A DNA stretch of 43,872 nucleotides, taken from contig FLMG01002029.1 of assembly GCA_900088475.1 (NCBI GenBank), positions 1 through 43,872 of the forward strand. Reading direction: 5' to 3'. Shown one piece after another: positions 13,050 to 24,065 of this stretch (its first letter is position 1; each line of letters opens with the position of its first letter). Both the position numbers and the translations under genes were made by a program. The DNA comes from Hyphochytrium catenoides (lineage: Eukaryota > Protista > Hyphochytriomycota). The notes below the pieces were generated by a model. It saw only the letters and a list, made by a program, of their open reading frames with translations. It searched no databases and was not told where the DNA came from.

Positions 13050-14315
13050 CGTCTTCTGGTAGATTATGTCTGGCGCCTGTCGTAGTTGGCGGACAAGTGT
13101 GAAGGGTAGTAGGCTCACTTCCAGCCTTTCTTCGAAGGTGAACGATAAAGATATATTTCGGAGCCTACTCCAGTCTTAGTTTAAGCAATCAGAATAGCTC
13201 AGCTCCTGACGAGCACTTAGCAGCTATTGGTTGCTTCCCGTCCTTCCCTCTGTAGCATGAGTTAGACAGTAATACTGTTTGTACAGCAGAACCTAAGTGA
13301 ACCGAGAAAGCCGAGAGCCAGCTCAACTGACAGCCGTTATCTTAAACCAATGGAGGTCATCCGCTACTAAGAACCGTGGATCTGGTAAAGAAGCCCATCG
13401 CATGGCCTTGCCGGGTACTATTTTTCTAATCTCAACTTTCTCTGAACGTTTGCTCCCATTGCCACTGGATCTCTGTGGCTTCTTGTTCTCCTAAAGTGAA
13501 TAAAGAGAGCGGACCTCCTTGCCTGCCACCACCGCCATCATATGAAGAGAGTCACAGCTCGTCCAGCGGCCAGAGACAGGCGGGCCGGTCGACAGTCACA
13601 CGATCTGGTTGCGAGATGTCCAAGACCTCATCCGCAGCCATCATCAACGCAGCTTGTTCCGCCTTTCTTCCGTCTGGATGCTGATGTGATGATGGCAGCG
13701 GAGGAGCAAGAGCAAGAGAAGCGTCACCTCGTCGAAAGGTTGGCGCCCGTCCGGCTGATGATAGAGCATGATTCTTGTCGAACAGAATCCTGGTTTTTCT
13801 TATAAACCTACTCAAATCTTTCGGTCGACAGAGTTCGTTGAATGTTTCAAGTAACTTTTAGCTAAGCACTTTTACTAAGCATGGTCCAACTGAAAGTTAA
13901 GATAGTCTTTCATTTCAGCTTCAAGAAGTGGATAAACGCCATTCTGAACCTTTAAACGCCATTTTAACCGGTTTGGCAACTATAGCAGGGCTAAAACATT
14001 ACTACTCTGTGGTCCTCTACTGCCCAATAAACCTTCTGGACATAATTGATGCTGTTGAAACGACAAGCGGTCCGCATCCTCTATCATTGAGACAGTACAT
14101 GTTGTGCATGTAGTTTGCCGTCTGTATGTTCACTGTACAACCAGGCCGATAACCCTCTGAACCTGAGAATGTTCCTCCTGTAGTTCAATTCATCTCACAG
14201 AAGACAGCATAAGGGAACAACACGGTTATCCGAACTTACTCCACCGCCCCTTGTTGTACAACGTTGTTGTTTCCACGGTACATATTCCGTAAATGCAACG
14301 TCTGAGAGTGCCGAA

Positions 14316-14389
14316 GCTCCTATAGCTCAGTTGGTTAGAGCGGTGGTCTTATGAGCCGCAGGTCGTGGGTTCGAGCCCCACTTGGAGCA
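14316..14389 (+). tRNA. tRNA-Ile, anticodon UAU, intronless
   Basis: Cloverleaf: acceptor GCTCCTA/TTGGAGC (one T-T mismatch), D arm GCTC-AGTTGGTTA-GAGC, anticodon arm GTGGT-CTTATGA-GCCGC (TAT at 14350-14352), T arm GTGGG-TTCGAGC-CCCAC, discriminator A. No encoded CCA. Confidence 0.96.
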
Positions 14390-14393
14390 CGCC

Positions 14394-14398
14394 TTTTT
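14394..14398 (+). terminator. RNA polymerase III terminator (T5) of tRNA-Ile
   Basis: TTTTT starts 5 nt after the tRNA 3' end, and a second T5 run follows about 20 nt later. Confidence 0.75.
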
Positions 14399-14464
14399 GT
14401 CCTTATTAGACACTTTTTGTCGTAATAAGCTGTTCTGTATGCTGTATTGGGATTTTGTTGTCTC

Positions 14465-14491
14465 TTGGCGGGAACGCATTTTTGCGCGAAA
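14465..14491. promoter_or_regulatory. Two candidate E2F/DP binding sites upstream of the FIGNL1-like gene
   Basis: TTGGCGGGAA at 14465-14474 and GCGCGAAA (reverse complement TTTCGCGC) at 14484-14491, about 170-190 bp before the ATG at 14658. Confidence 0.5.
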
Positions 14492-14657
14492 TTTCGAGCT
14501 CTTCGAATACTCAGTCGAAGTACCGAAGAATCGCAAAAAAAGAAAGGCGCGTCAGTGATGCGACAGATCTGCGGACGATGCGGAGGCCAACTTTGCTTTT
14601 TGCCATCGGTCCGAACGCTTGAATCGACATACCGCGGAGAGGTACAGCGAAGGAAGC

Positions 14658-17600
14658 ATGACCACTGTTGACATAAACGATTTGTTACGAGCGCGTCATG
14701 ATAGTCTTTATTTTCAACTTACCGACGAGTCCACCGAAGTTAGTTATGATGACAAGCTCTACCTACTCCTGTCTCGGTTGTGCCTTGTTGAGGCCGCAAG
14801 GGTCCCACAGACGGATGAAGAAGGTAAGAACATCGAAGCACTTGTCAGCTAATTGGTTATTGATCCATTGGTTATTGATCCCATAACGACATCCATCCCT
14901 AAAGGAGACAAAGCTATGAGCCATCACCTCAGCAGCCTTCAGAGCTATTATGAAGATGACGTATGTAAGTTCTTCGTGTCTAGGGTTTTTGCAAGGCTCA
15001 GATAGGCGCTCTGTGAGGTTTCGGTTTTCTCACCATTCACTCTCATAGACTCTCACCTCTTGCAAGGAAATCCCCTTGTAGCGGAGGTTGCTAGTCGAAG
15101 CATAAAGGACCCCCCAAAGGAAAGCCCGATGACAGCAGCGGAAATTCTAAAGGAATTTCCTGAGATGCTAATAAAAGACAGCAGTGTCAGATTGCCACCA
15201 GGCCATGCTGGCAACTCCATGCCGAGTCCTCTGTCCATACCCACCCAACCGCTCCGGACGCAGCAGACTGCTCAACCAGTCAAGACGGTATCTTCTACAG
15301 GTGCTGAGCTAAGAAGGTCCCAAACTTTTAATGGTAATGGCCAGGCCAGACCTTTGGCTGTGGGGCCAAACCTACACTCCCGGCCCCAGCATAACTATAA
15401 CCAGCCAACCCCTGTGCAACGGAGGACTCAGCCTGTCAAATCTAAGACATCCGGTAAGATGCAGCCTGTGGTATATAAAGGGTCATTTAGGTAGAACTGT
15501 CCGCCATCTTGCTATTGGTTCTTCCTGGCGCTTTACTATTCCCTCGTGCGCCGTCTCACCTACCTGCAATAGGGCTAGCTGACTCCTTAGCGGACAGACG
15601 AGCTCGTAACGTCTTCGCGAGCACAGAGCATTCTCAGGGGCCTGAACCCTTAATATATGGCGAGGAAGACGAGCCGGAGGACGATCTTCCGTTTGTAACA
15701 GCTAGAGATCAGCTATCAAGAGTAAGTGCTCATAAAGGGTCGCTATGCTATGGCAGAGATTTGTGACGTGTGAAGGGTCTTGACGCTAGATGAACATGCA
15801 ACTACTTAAAAACCGGTGCACGTAAGCGAGACAGCGTGGGTAGCGATCACTAACTTGTACAAGAGCTTAACCCTGTTATGAGGAATCGTGGAAAGAGAGA
15901 TAGGTTGTTAGAAACGATAGTTCAGAAAGTGGGCTGGCATGGAGATAACTCATAAGCTCCTTCCAACAGAATGAGAGAGAACAAGGACGACGAAGTCAGA
16001 GACCGACTGGCCAAGTTCATAATGCAAACTCACGGAAGACTCTTGGGGTAAAGCGCCGGTTCGTTCCTCCCTCAAGGCTGGACGAGGAAGACGAGCCTAG
16101 AGGAAGCGGAAGGTGGATTGGCGCTACTATCATGAGTGCTCCTTTCCCTAAACCCCTCCCATGTTCGCTTTGTTGATGTTTCAATTTTACGTCGATTGCT
16201 AATTATTCGTCACTAGGCAAATGCACCAAAACAACGGCAACAGAGGGAGAGCACCACGCCATGGAGGTAGTTTGGGTGGAGGATCTGGAGGCGGAGGTAG
16301 AGGTGGAGGTAGAGGCGCAGAGCAAGAAGGAGGAGATCAGGAGAACGTCGATCCGCGACTGCGCAATTGCGATGACTACCTGATAGAGAAAATTGAAAAT
16401 GAGATTATTGACCGAAGTGATCCCATCACCTTTGAAGACATTGGTACGTCGCACAAAACTAACTCTCCTACGTTTACCCGTTATATATCATGGCGCCTTC
16501 CCCGAGGTGCATGTGCGTTAAGTTAAGTCTGTTTCTTCCATCACTTTTAGAGACGCCATGGCCTGATTTTACCTCTTTTCTGTCTCTCTATCTTCCTCCT
16601 AACCCTATCCTTTTTTGCCTGGAAAGAGCTAACGCCTGCCTTCCCTCCGTCTCTGGACACTGGGTGGATCTTCTTTCCCGGTACGATATGGTTACTAACG
16701 TCACTTAACCTCATTGTATATAGCTGGCTTGGACTTTGCTAAGCGTTGTGTGACGGAGCTCGTGATTTGGCCAATGGCACGACCGGATTTATTCACAGGC
16801 CTGCGAACCCTTCCTCGCGGCTTGTTGCTCTTCGGGCCACCGGGCACTGGCAAGACTCTAATTGGAAAGGCGATCGCTTACCAATCTGGAGCAACCTTCT
16901 TCAATATCTCCTCCTCCTCACTCACGAGCAAATGGGTAAGTCGAACGGTTACTCCTCTTTCTTGCGTTCATGTTCGCTCTATTCCAGCTACATTTGCAAC
17001 CTTAGCTAGAAAGCGTGCTCTCTAGTTCGGACACTCTATGATCCTTGCCGCCTCAGTGATACCTCTGCCTCTGTAGTCTTTCCGTTCACCGGCTTGTATA
17101 CTTGTTCAACAACGTCCGTATTCACCTAAGAACTTCTTGTCCCTCCCTGCGTACCTCTCGCGTGCTCATAGATAGGCGAAGGTGAGAAGCTCGTACGGAC
17201 TCTCTTCGCCGTGGCCTCATGCAATCAGGTAAAAATGAACTGGCATCGACAAGATGATGGAAGTGCACATTGTAGATATTTAGCAGTATCATCAATCGGC
17301 GAAGGATAGGATTGGTAGTCCGCAGCTAAGGCCTCTGTTTCTTACCAGCCTGCAGTCATTTTCATTGATGAGATTGACTCTCTTCTGACGCAAAGGAGGT
17401 ATGAGCATCGACCTTTCTGTTTTTCCCTGCTACCCTTCTAGCAGGAAGACAAAGCTAGGGATTCTACGACCCCTCTGCTCTCTCTGCTCTCTCGACTTTC
17501 ACACTTACCTTTTATCGACTCTTAGATTTCCTTTCTTTTACCTCCTCTTTTGCGGTCTGCAAAAAACGTAGTTCGGATGAGAACGAGGCCAGCAGAAGGA

Positions 17601-18812
17601 TAAAGACGGAATTTCTTGTACAAATTGACGGAGCAGGGACCTCTTCATCGGATCGTGTTCTTGTGATAGGTAAGAACATTGCTAGAAAGGAAAATGCTCA
17701 GATGTCTCACTTTCTTGATCGACACTAGGTTTTCCTTTCATTTACCTCCCTGTGGCTCCTTTTCTGGAAGTTACCTCGGGGCACGATGTCTTTAAACTTT
17801 TATTGTGACTCTTCGTTGATGTCAGCACTCGCAGACTAATTATAGCGCTGCCACTGACAAAGTTCTTTTGTCTGTATAACCACCATCTTGGCTTTCAGGC
17901 GCTACAAACCGGCCGCAGGAACTGGACGAGGCTGCCCGGCGACGATTCGTGAAGCGTTTGTACATTCCTCTTCCCACTTTGGAAGCCCGGAGAGACCTTA
18001 TAACCCGGCTTCTAACGAAGAATGATCACGAACTTACCGCTGCCGATATAGAAGAAATCGTCCAGCGCTGTGAAGGTAAGAACTGAGTTTCAAGTCCATG
18101 AACCATGGTGCACAGGACCATCAGGGACTGCCTAGTGGAGACCCACAGGGCACAGAGGTGCGACTGGAGAAAAAAGGAAGTTTGGAGAGGAGAAGACGTA
18201 CGACGGATGAATAGGAGGGAGGACGAGAGGAAACGGAATTGTATCCACCAATCCTCGGGGCAACTCCGAGTATGAAGGATACGGGAATGTTGCTGCCCTT
18301 CCTCTTGACACTAAGGCTGATCTTTCAGGCTTTTCTGGTGCGGATGTCCGGTCTCTATGCACGGAGGCCGCAATGGGCCCTATCAGAGGCTGTGTAGACA
18401 TCCGCTTCATGGATGCAAGAGCTGTGAGTGGACATCTATTGATGGTCTTATGGCTGTGTCCGGTTTTCGCTCTCTCAGTTCCTATGCATTCGCTATCTAT
18501 ACGGTCACTAAACGAAGAAATGCCTTTTGACATGGACTCACCGCCTCCAACAATCTTTTGTGCTTGCAGGTTCGCCCCATCAATCGCAAGGATTTTGACG
18601 ATGCATTACAAGTGGTTAGTCTCATAAGAAGATTGGACTAGACCTCTTCTCACGTCATGGCTTCTACGTTTCATGTTCTCCAGGATCTTGCTGTCCAATT
18701 ACCTCTAATCAAAGCTCCTTAATAGGTGAAGCCAAGCGTTTCCCAGAAGGACTTAGACGTTTATAGAGAATGGAACTCGGAGTTTGGCTCTTTCCAGATC
18801 GACAAGATGTAG
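14658..18812 (+). CDS. FIGNL1: Fidgetin-like protein 1 (AAA+ ATPase, spastin/katanin/fidgetin clade), multi-exon
   Basis: Exons give [17 protein letters not shown]|[28 protein letters not shown], Walker A GPPGTGKT (about 16834), SLTSKW|IGEGEKLVR, Walker [11 protein letters not shown] (about 17360), [40 protein letters not shown] and a Vps4_C-like end [24 protein letters not shown]-terminal FVTARDQL and [10 protein letters not shown] motifs are typical of FIGNL1. TAG at 18810-18812. Confidence 0.92.
14852..14881. repeat. 15-bp tandem duplication in the first FIGNL1 intron
   Basis: attggttattgatcc occurs twice in tandem. Confidence 0.8.
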
Positions 18813-19388
18813 GCGCTTGGTAAGAAGCAGAAAGGGAGAAAGAGTAGGGAAGAGAGACAACCAGCGAACTATGCAAATCAGCCATCCCAAGGTAGGCAAC
18901 TACGGGTCACTGCCCACGTCCTCGCCATATTTATAAGGGCATCTGGCCCAGTTTTGTATCAAGTAAGACGGAGTATCTCCTAAGCGCTCATTTTCCATTG
19001 GGACGGGCCACTATTGTCTCACAGAGCCTCTGCCATACCTTAGCTATCATACACTTTTGATTGAGCAAAGAGACAAGAGAGGAAAAGAACTGGTTATGTG
19101 ACAGCCACACTGGAAGCTAAAAGACGAAAGTGGGAACGCAAGCGGTGAACTTTCTTATAATAATGCTGTGAGAGACTTCAAGACAAGCGATACAGAGAGA
19201 GGGGATGGGCACGAGAGACAGATGCTGTGGGACTAGACGACGGGGAACTCGGCCCAGAGGCGAGACATGATACTTCTTTTCAGGAAACTCTGAGAGAGAG
19301 TAGATAGAAGGGAGACTAACAGCGAAGGAATGGACGGAATCGAGGTCAGATTCGTAGAGTCTTCCTCCTTCTCAGCATGTTACGCCCT

Positions 19389-21265
19389 CTAGAGCGCCAT
19401 TGGCTCAAAGCGAGCTCGTTCTCCTTCTCTTTCTCCTCTGCCCTCATCTCCTTCTCTCTTTCTCTTTTTGGCTGAAGGAATCACATGCGCCGCTGCCCTG
19501 AGGACTGACAGAGCGACCTGTGGATACGCCTCAACTTCCTTTGTAAATTCTGGAGACTCAGAGATGTTTGGCAGATTTTGCAGAATGAAATCCAGACAAA
19601 GTTCTTTCAGTCTTTCTGCATTGAATCGTTCCGCAGCAGACAACAGGCGACCCACACTGTCGGAAGTGATTGCAGACCCAGCAGAGTCTTCGCAAAGTGT
19701 CTTCAGACGAGGAAGAAGGAACTCCTCCGAGATTATAATCAGGTCTACCAGTTCCTGGCAGGAAGAGACACAAAGTATGAGAGAGAGAGAGGAAAGGACG
19801 GAGAGAAGAGTAGTGTCATATGGACGACATGACTAAGAAGCGGAGGGGTGCGGGAGAGATAGAACAGGAGACAGACAGAAAGAGTCAGGTATGAAAGGAA
19901 ACAATAGGGAAGAACTGTGCATCTGTAGAAGAAGCGTGAGACCTCAAGGCGCATGAGACATCTAACTAGGTCAGTCCTTTGGACGAAACATTAGCCAGTC
20001 AGCATGGCAGAAGAGGTAGACAAGCTTCCATCTTCTCTCTTTTGTTCTTCAGTTCTTCCCTCGTGCACTTTCTCTTTGACTTACATCGACAGGACAGCTT
20101 TCAAGATCTCGAACTTCGTCTGTGTAGATGTACTCTAGCAGACGACTGACCGTCTGTGGTCTCCTGTCAACCAGCTCCACCTCTCCCACGCTCTCCCTCA
20201 TTCCTCCGCCTGCTTTGCTGAACATTGCCCGGAAGTACTCACTCCGAGCGCTGAGGATGGCCCGATGAGCTCTAAATTCTGAACGAGTAGTGCTTCCCTG
20301 AGGCCCCACACGGAAGGTGACGTCGGCGTGCTCTCCTCTCTGTTCAATAGCAGGCAAGAGCGAAGGTAAGAGGATGTCCCAGGAAGACGTACAAATGGGA
20401 AAAAGGTCATAGCCGTATCTGCTTCGAGGTATTACTAGACATAAAGGGCCTGGACAAGTTGTGCAAGGAGGGAATCAAGGAGGATGGACGAGGCCTAACT
20501 GGAGAGAAGGCGACAAGGGGATAGAGCGTACACAATTGTGGAGGTCTTGAACATACCTCGTAGAGATCAGTCATTGCTGCAAAGAACTCAGTTTTTGACT
20601 TCTCTCTCTCTTGCATCCCTTTATGCTCTTGGCCCTGGGAGCGCATTCGAACCAAAATGACATCTTTCTGCAGTAATGCCAAAGTCAAAAGTGAGACACC
20701 CCATGCCAGCACGAGAGAGAGAGGAGAGCGAGAAAAGAGGTGAGAAGACAGTACCAACTAGGGCAACAGATAATGGGAACGAGACCAAACAATGCATGGA
20801 GCCAACGAGAGCGAGAAAGAGTGAAAAGAAAGTGCTAGTTGACCATGAGGGAGGGCACAAGGAGAAAATCTCGAGAAGAAGACGGTTAGACAGCAAGAAA
20901 CTAGTGAGACATTGAACTGAGGTCCAGTAAGGGACAAGGTGACGCTGTGGTGTAACCTTCTGTAGCATGATAGAGTCTGGAGTATCGTCGGGCTGGATCT
21001 CATCCTAAGACATTTGACAAAGGATGTCTAAGACCGACAAGCGGACACAGGGAAGCACACAGAGAGAGTCAAAAAAAGAGAGGCTGAGGGCAGAGGAAAG
21101 GATGGTACCAGCTAAGACATTGTGCAAGAAGATGAAGAGAAACGATCTTGCAAAACATAAAGAGAAATTGTTGTTTTACAACCAGAGGACAAATGGATGA
21201 GACAGCCGTGAGTAGAGAGAGCCAGACTTGAAGAAGATGTGGCCGGCAAGGAGAGGAGGGAGAAA

Positions 21266-21314
<49 letters not shown>

Positions 21315-21318
21315 GAGC

Positions 21319-21349
<31 letters not shown>

Positions 21350-21870
21350 CGAGAGAGAGTGAAGCGAGGTTGAGACTGTTTGTGGAAGGTGTGAGAGAGA
21401 TAGAGCTCGTGAGGGAGAGGTTACATCTGCGACAATGAAAAATTTGCCTTGCCTCACCGTGAAATAGAAGACGAGGGAGTGCCTAGGTAGCCCATGATGT
21501 TTGCTATAATGTCGGAAGAGAGAGGAGAACTTCTGATTCTTCATCATCATGCACGCGTAGAGAAAGTTGGCCGGGACGCGGACAATGGACCGTTCGGTGC
21601 CTGATAATGTTAGATCCTCCGCCGCCTAGCCAAGGAGAAGAAGGAAGGATGAGACAGAAGAAGAGAACAAAAGAGAAGAGAAAGAGACATATGAGAGGAA
21701 AAAAGAAGGTGTCCCCAGACCGCAGAGGGACAACTAAGAGAGTCAACGGCAGAGAAAGAAGAGCCGTTGATCTTCGTATTGTAAGACTGTCAAGGGCGTC
21801 CATCCCTTACCTTGACCGTGAACTCCACATTATCGCTACTCGACGTGTTAGCACGGCCTCTGGAGCTCAT
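19389..21870 (-). CDS. Ubiquitin/SUMO-like domain + BTB/POZ + BACK-like protein, 6 exons
   Basis: Exons: 21870-21811 (MSSRGRANTSSSDNVEFTVK), 21625-21458 (AAEDLTLSGTERSIVRVPANFLYACMMMKNQKFSSLFRHYSKHHGLPRHSLVFYFT), about 21004-20957 (DEIQPDDTPDSIMLQK), about 20667-20557 (KDVILVR...), about 20339-20085 (BTB: HADVTFRVG...FRAHRAILSARSEYFRAMF...LLEYIYTD), about 19755-19389 (EEFLLPRLKTLCE...LKELCLDFIL, NLS-like KKRKR). Confidence 0.88.
21266..21359. repeat. (GA)n microsatellite in a BTB gene intron
   Basis: Imperfect GA run with GC interruptions. Confidence 0.9.
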
Positions 21871-22553
21871 TGTGTCTAAATCCTTAGCGCGCACTAGTGC
21901 AGCTCTATGCTCACTCTCTCTCCCTCTGTCTCTCTCTCTCTCTCTCTCTGTCCGTGCCGTCAATTGGCAACGCTGGTGAGGGAAGAATTGGATGCTAGCT
22001 CATTAACAGTGTCGCCTTTCCGCTACAGCAGGAGGATAGTCCCCTTATTCGCCATTGATCGGCAACAGACTAGAGATCTATTGTTGCCTAACATCAGCAG
22101 GAACTACTGAGTCCTGGAAAAGGCCTTGTGTAGGGGAACTTTTAGCTATCGGGACAGGAGAGAGGGAAAGAAGAGAGATGCGGCTCCAAGATCATGTACA
22201 GCCAGCAGGAAGAAAAGGATGGAGAGAAAATGGTGGCGCAGCTTTGAAGTTATGCGTACAAGGGAAGACAGCTTATGCCGGAAGAAGATTTTAAGAATCA
22301 GCGCTATGATGAGAGGCAGCAGCCGTCAGAAGAGACAGTTAAAGTGTGATGGATAGAGGACCCACGAGGGAGGAGAAGATGGATGTGGCGCTCTAGGCTC
22401 TGGGTGATGATGAATGATGAATGAGGTTACAGCAGCATTAGATTCTTGAGAGCCAGAGCGTGAAGGGAGACAGAGAAAGAAGATGCAGAGACAGAGGACG
22501 ATACCATGGAGAGAGAATTAAGAGGAGGAGATAAAGAGAAAAAGGACAGACAC

Positions 22554-22556
<3 letters not shown>

Positions 22557-22602
<46 letters not shown>
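22557..22602. repeat. (GA)n microsatellite
   Basis: Perfect run of more than 20 units. Confidence 0.95.
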
Positions 22603-22605
<3 letters not shown>

Positions 22606-24065
22606 GAAGGAAGAGGAAGCAGTACTTCTCCTCGTCGAGAGCGTACAGTTTTGAAACTGTACTATACATTCGGTTCTTCCTTTTGTACACATCACCACAT
22701 CAGAGAAAGACCCAAAGACGATGGGGTGTCCACTTGTGACATTCTCAAATCGTAATTGGCAGATTTCGCATGCTTGTTAGGTATCTTCTCTGTTTGTCTG
22801 TGATTCGTTGCATTCTCTGCTGAGCAGTCTTGAAGCTCTGTCATCCGTCTTCACGTCATCGCCACCGGGCGCCCAGGCCCAGGCCTCGGACCTTTCATCG
22901 TCATTATCCAGCATGCAAGCAGCAGACCGCTCTTACTTACCCTCCTTGTTTGTCTTACCGAGCTTCATTATGATTAGTATCTCATGAAGCAAGAAAAGCC
23001 CTGTTAGCTTCTCTTTGCCTCATAGTCCACACTCTACACTGCGTTCATGTCGATGCGCGGAAGACTCGGTGGTTGCGGAAGATCTTATCGCAATGGAACT
23101 TCATCAGCACACGCAGCGCCTCTGGCAGCTGTCATCGGTGTTGTTATCGTCCACTGTCGTCTCCTCCTGCTGCTAGTGCTCCTGCGTCAGTTTCCTTTTC
23201 CTTCCTTTTGTGCAGGTTCGCCTTCTACTCAAAGGGCTTCTTTTTCTTCCCTACATTGATCATTATTCTCGACTGATAATGATGGGAGTAGCCTGCAGAA
23301 GTGCCGTCACCAGCCATACTCCTGCTCTTGGAACCGCAGTGGCGTGCGATGTATCTATCTGCATACTCATCGTCCTTCTGTCGAATATACGTAGTGGCGT
23401 TGGCCGATGTCAGCCATCCTTAAGCACCAGGGAAGAAGTGCGTAGAACGGGCTAGGATGATATAAGAGAAGTAGGTCTTTGGCTTTGATAACCCTTCTAC
23501 TCGCCACGTAGAACCACAGACATTACCCTGAAAACGTTAAGGACGAGGGCCTGAGGAAGGAAGAATCAGCTCGTCTCAAGCGTATGCTGACTGTACTGAC
23601 AGCCTTATGGACGACCTGAAATAGATAACAAGGCAGCAGCCCAAGCGACAGTACTGGGCTATCGCGAGGAAAGCGCATTGACCAAGTAAGCGAGGAAAAG
23701 CCGAAGAAAGGCGAAAGCTCTCCTCTGGGTAGTTTTGTGGCGCTTGGCCTTTCCTTTACTCTTTGATCGGGTCAAACAAATAAGGTATCACTGGCATAAT
23801 CAGTAGTGCATCATAATAAGGTGTGCACCAACCGGATCTGTCTTCTCCCATCCTCTTTCTCCCCTTCCTCATTCCTCCCGCGCAGGTCTCTGCTCTCTCC
23901 TTCCAATAGTGTATATATCTAAGAAGGTGAGGAGTAGGAGGGAGAGCCACAGCTTCTCGCTGTGGTTTGCTTTCTTCTCCCAGGTGCCTCTATAACATCT
24001 TAAGTATACTGGTTTCCTTCTCCACGAGAAGGCTCTTGCCGGCCCATTGAAATGCATAGGATCAA

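Noticed and set aside
13297-13815. Short overlapping ORFs upstream of the channel gene, and similar ones at 21907-23950
   Set aside because: No recognisable motifs or consistent exon chain. They are probably promoter, UTR or intergenic sequence.
14348-14354. tRNA-Ile(UAU) has G37 instead of A37 and lacks an intron
   Set aside because: As I recall, intronless tRNA-Ile(UAU) with a CUUAUGA loop also occurs in plants, so it is not evidence of recoding. All spliced genes read with the standard code.
22643-22662. Perfect 9-bp inverted repeat GTACAGTTT-TG-AAACTGTAC
   Set aside because: Isolated, with no partner copy, target-site duplication or element context, so it is consistent with chance.
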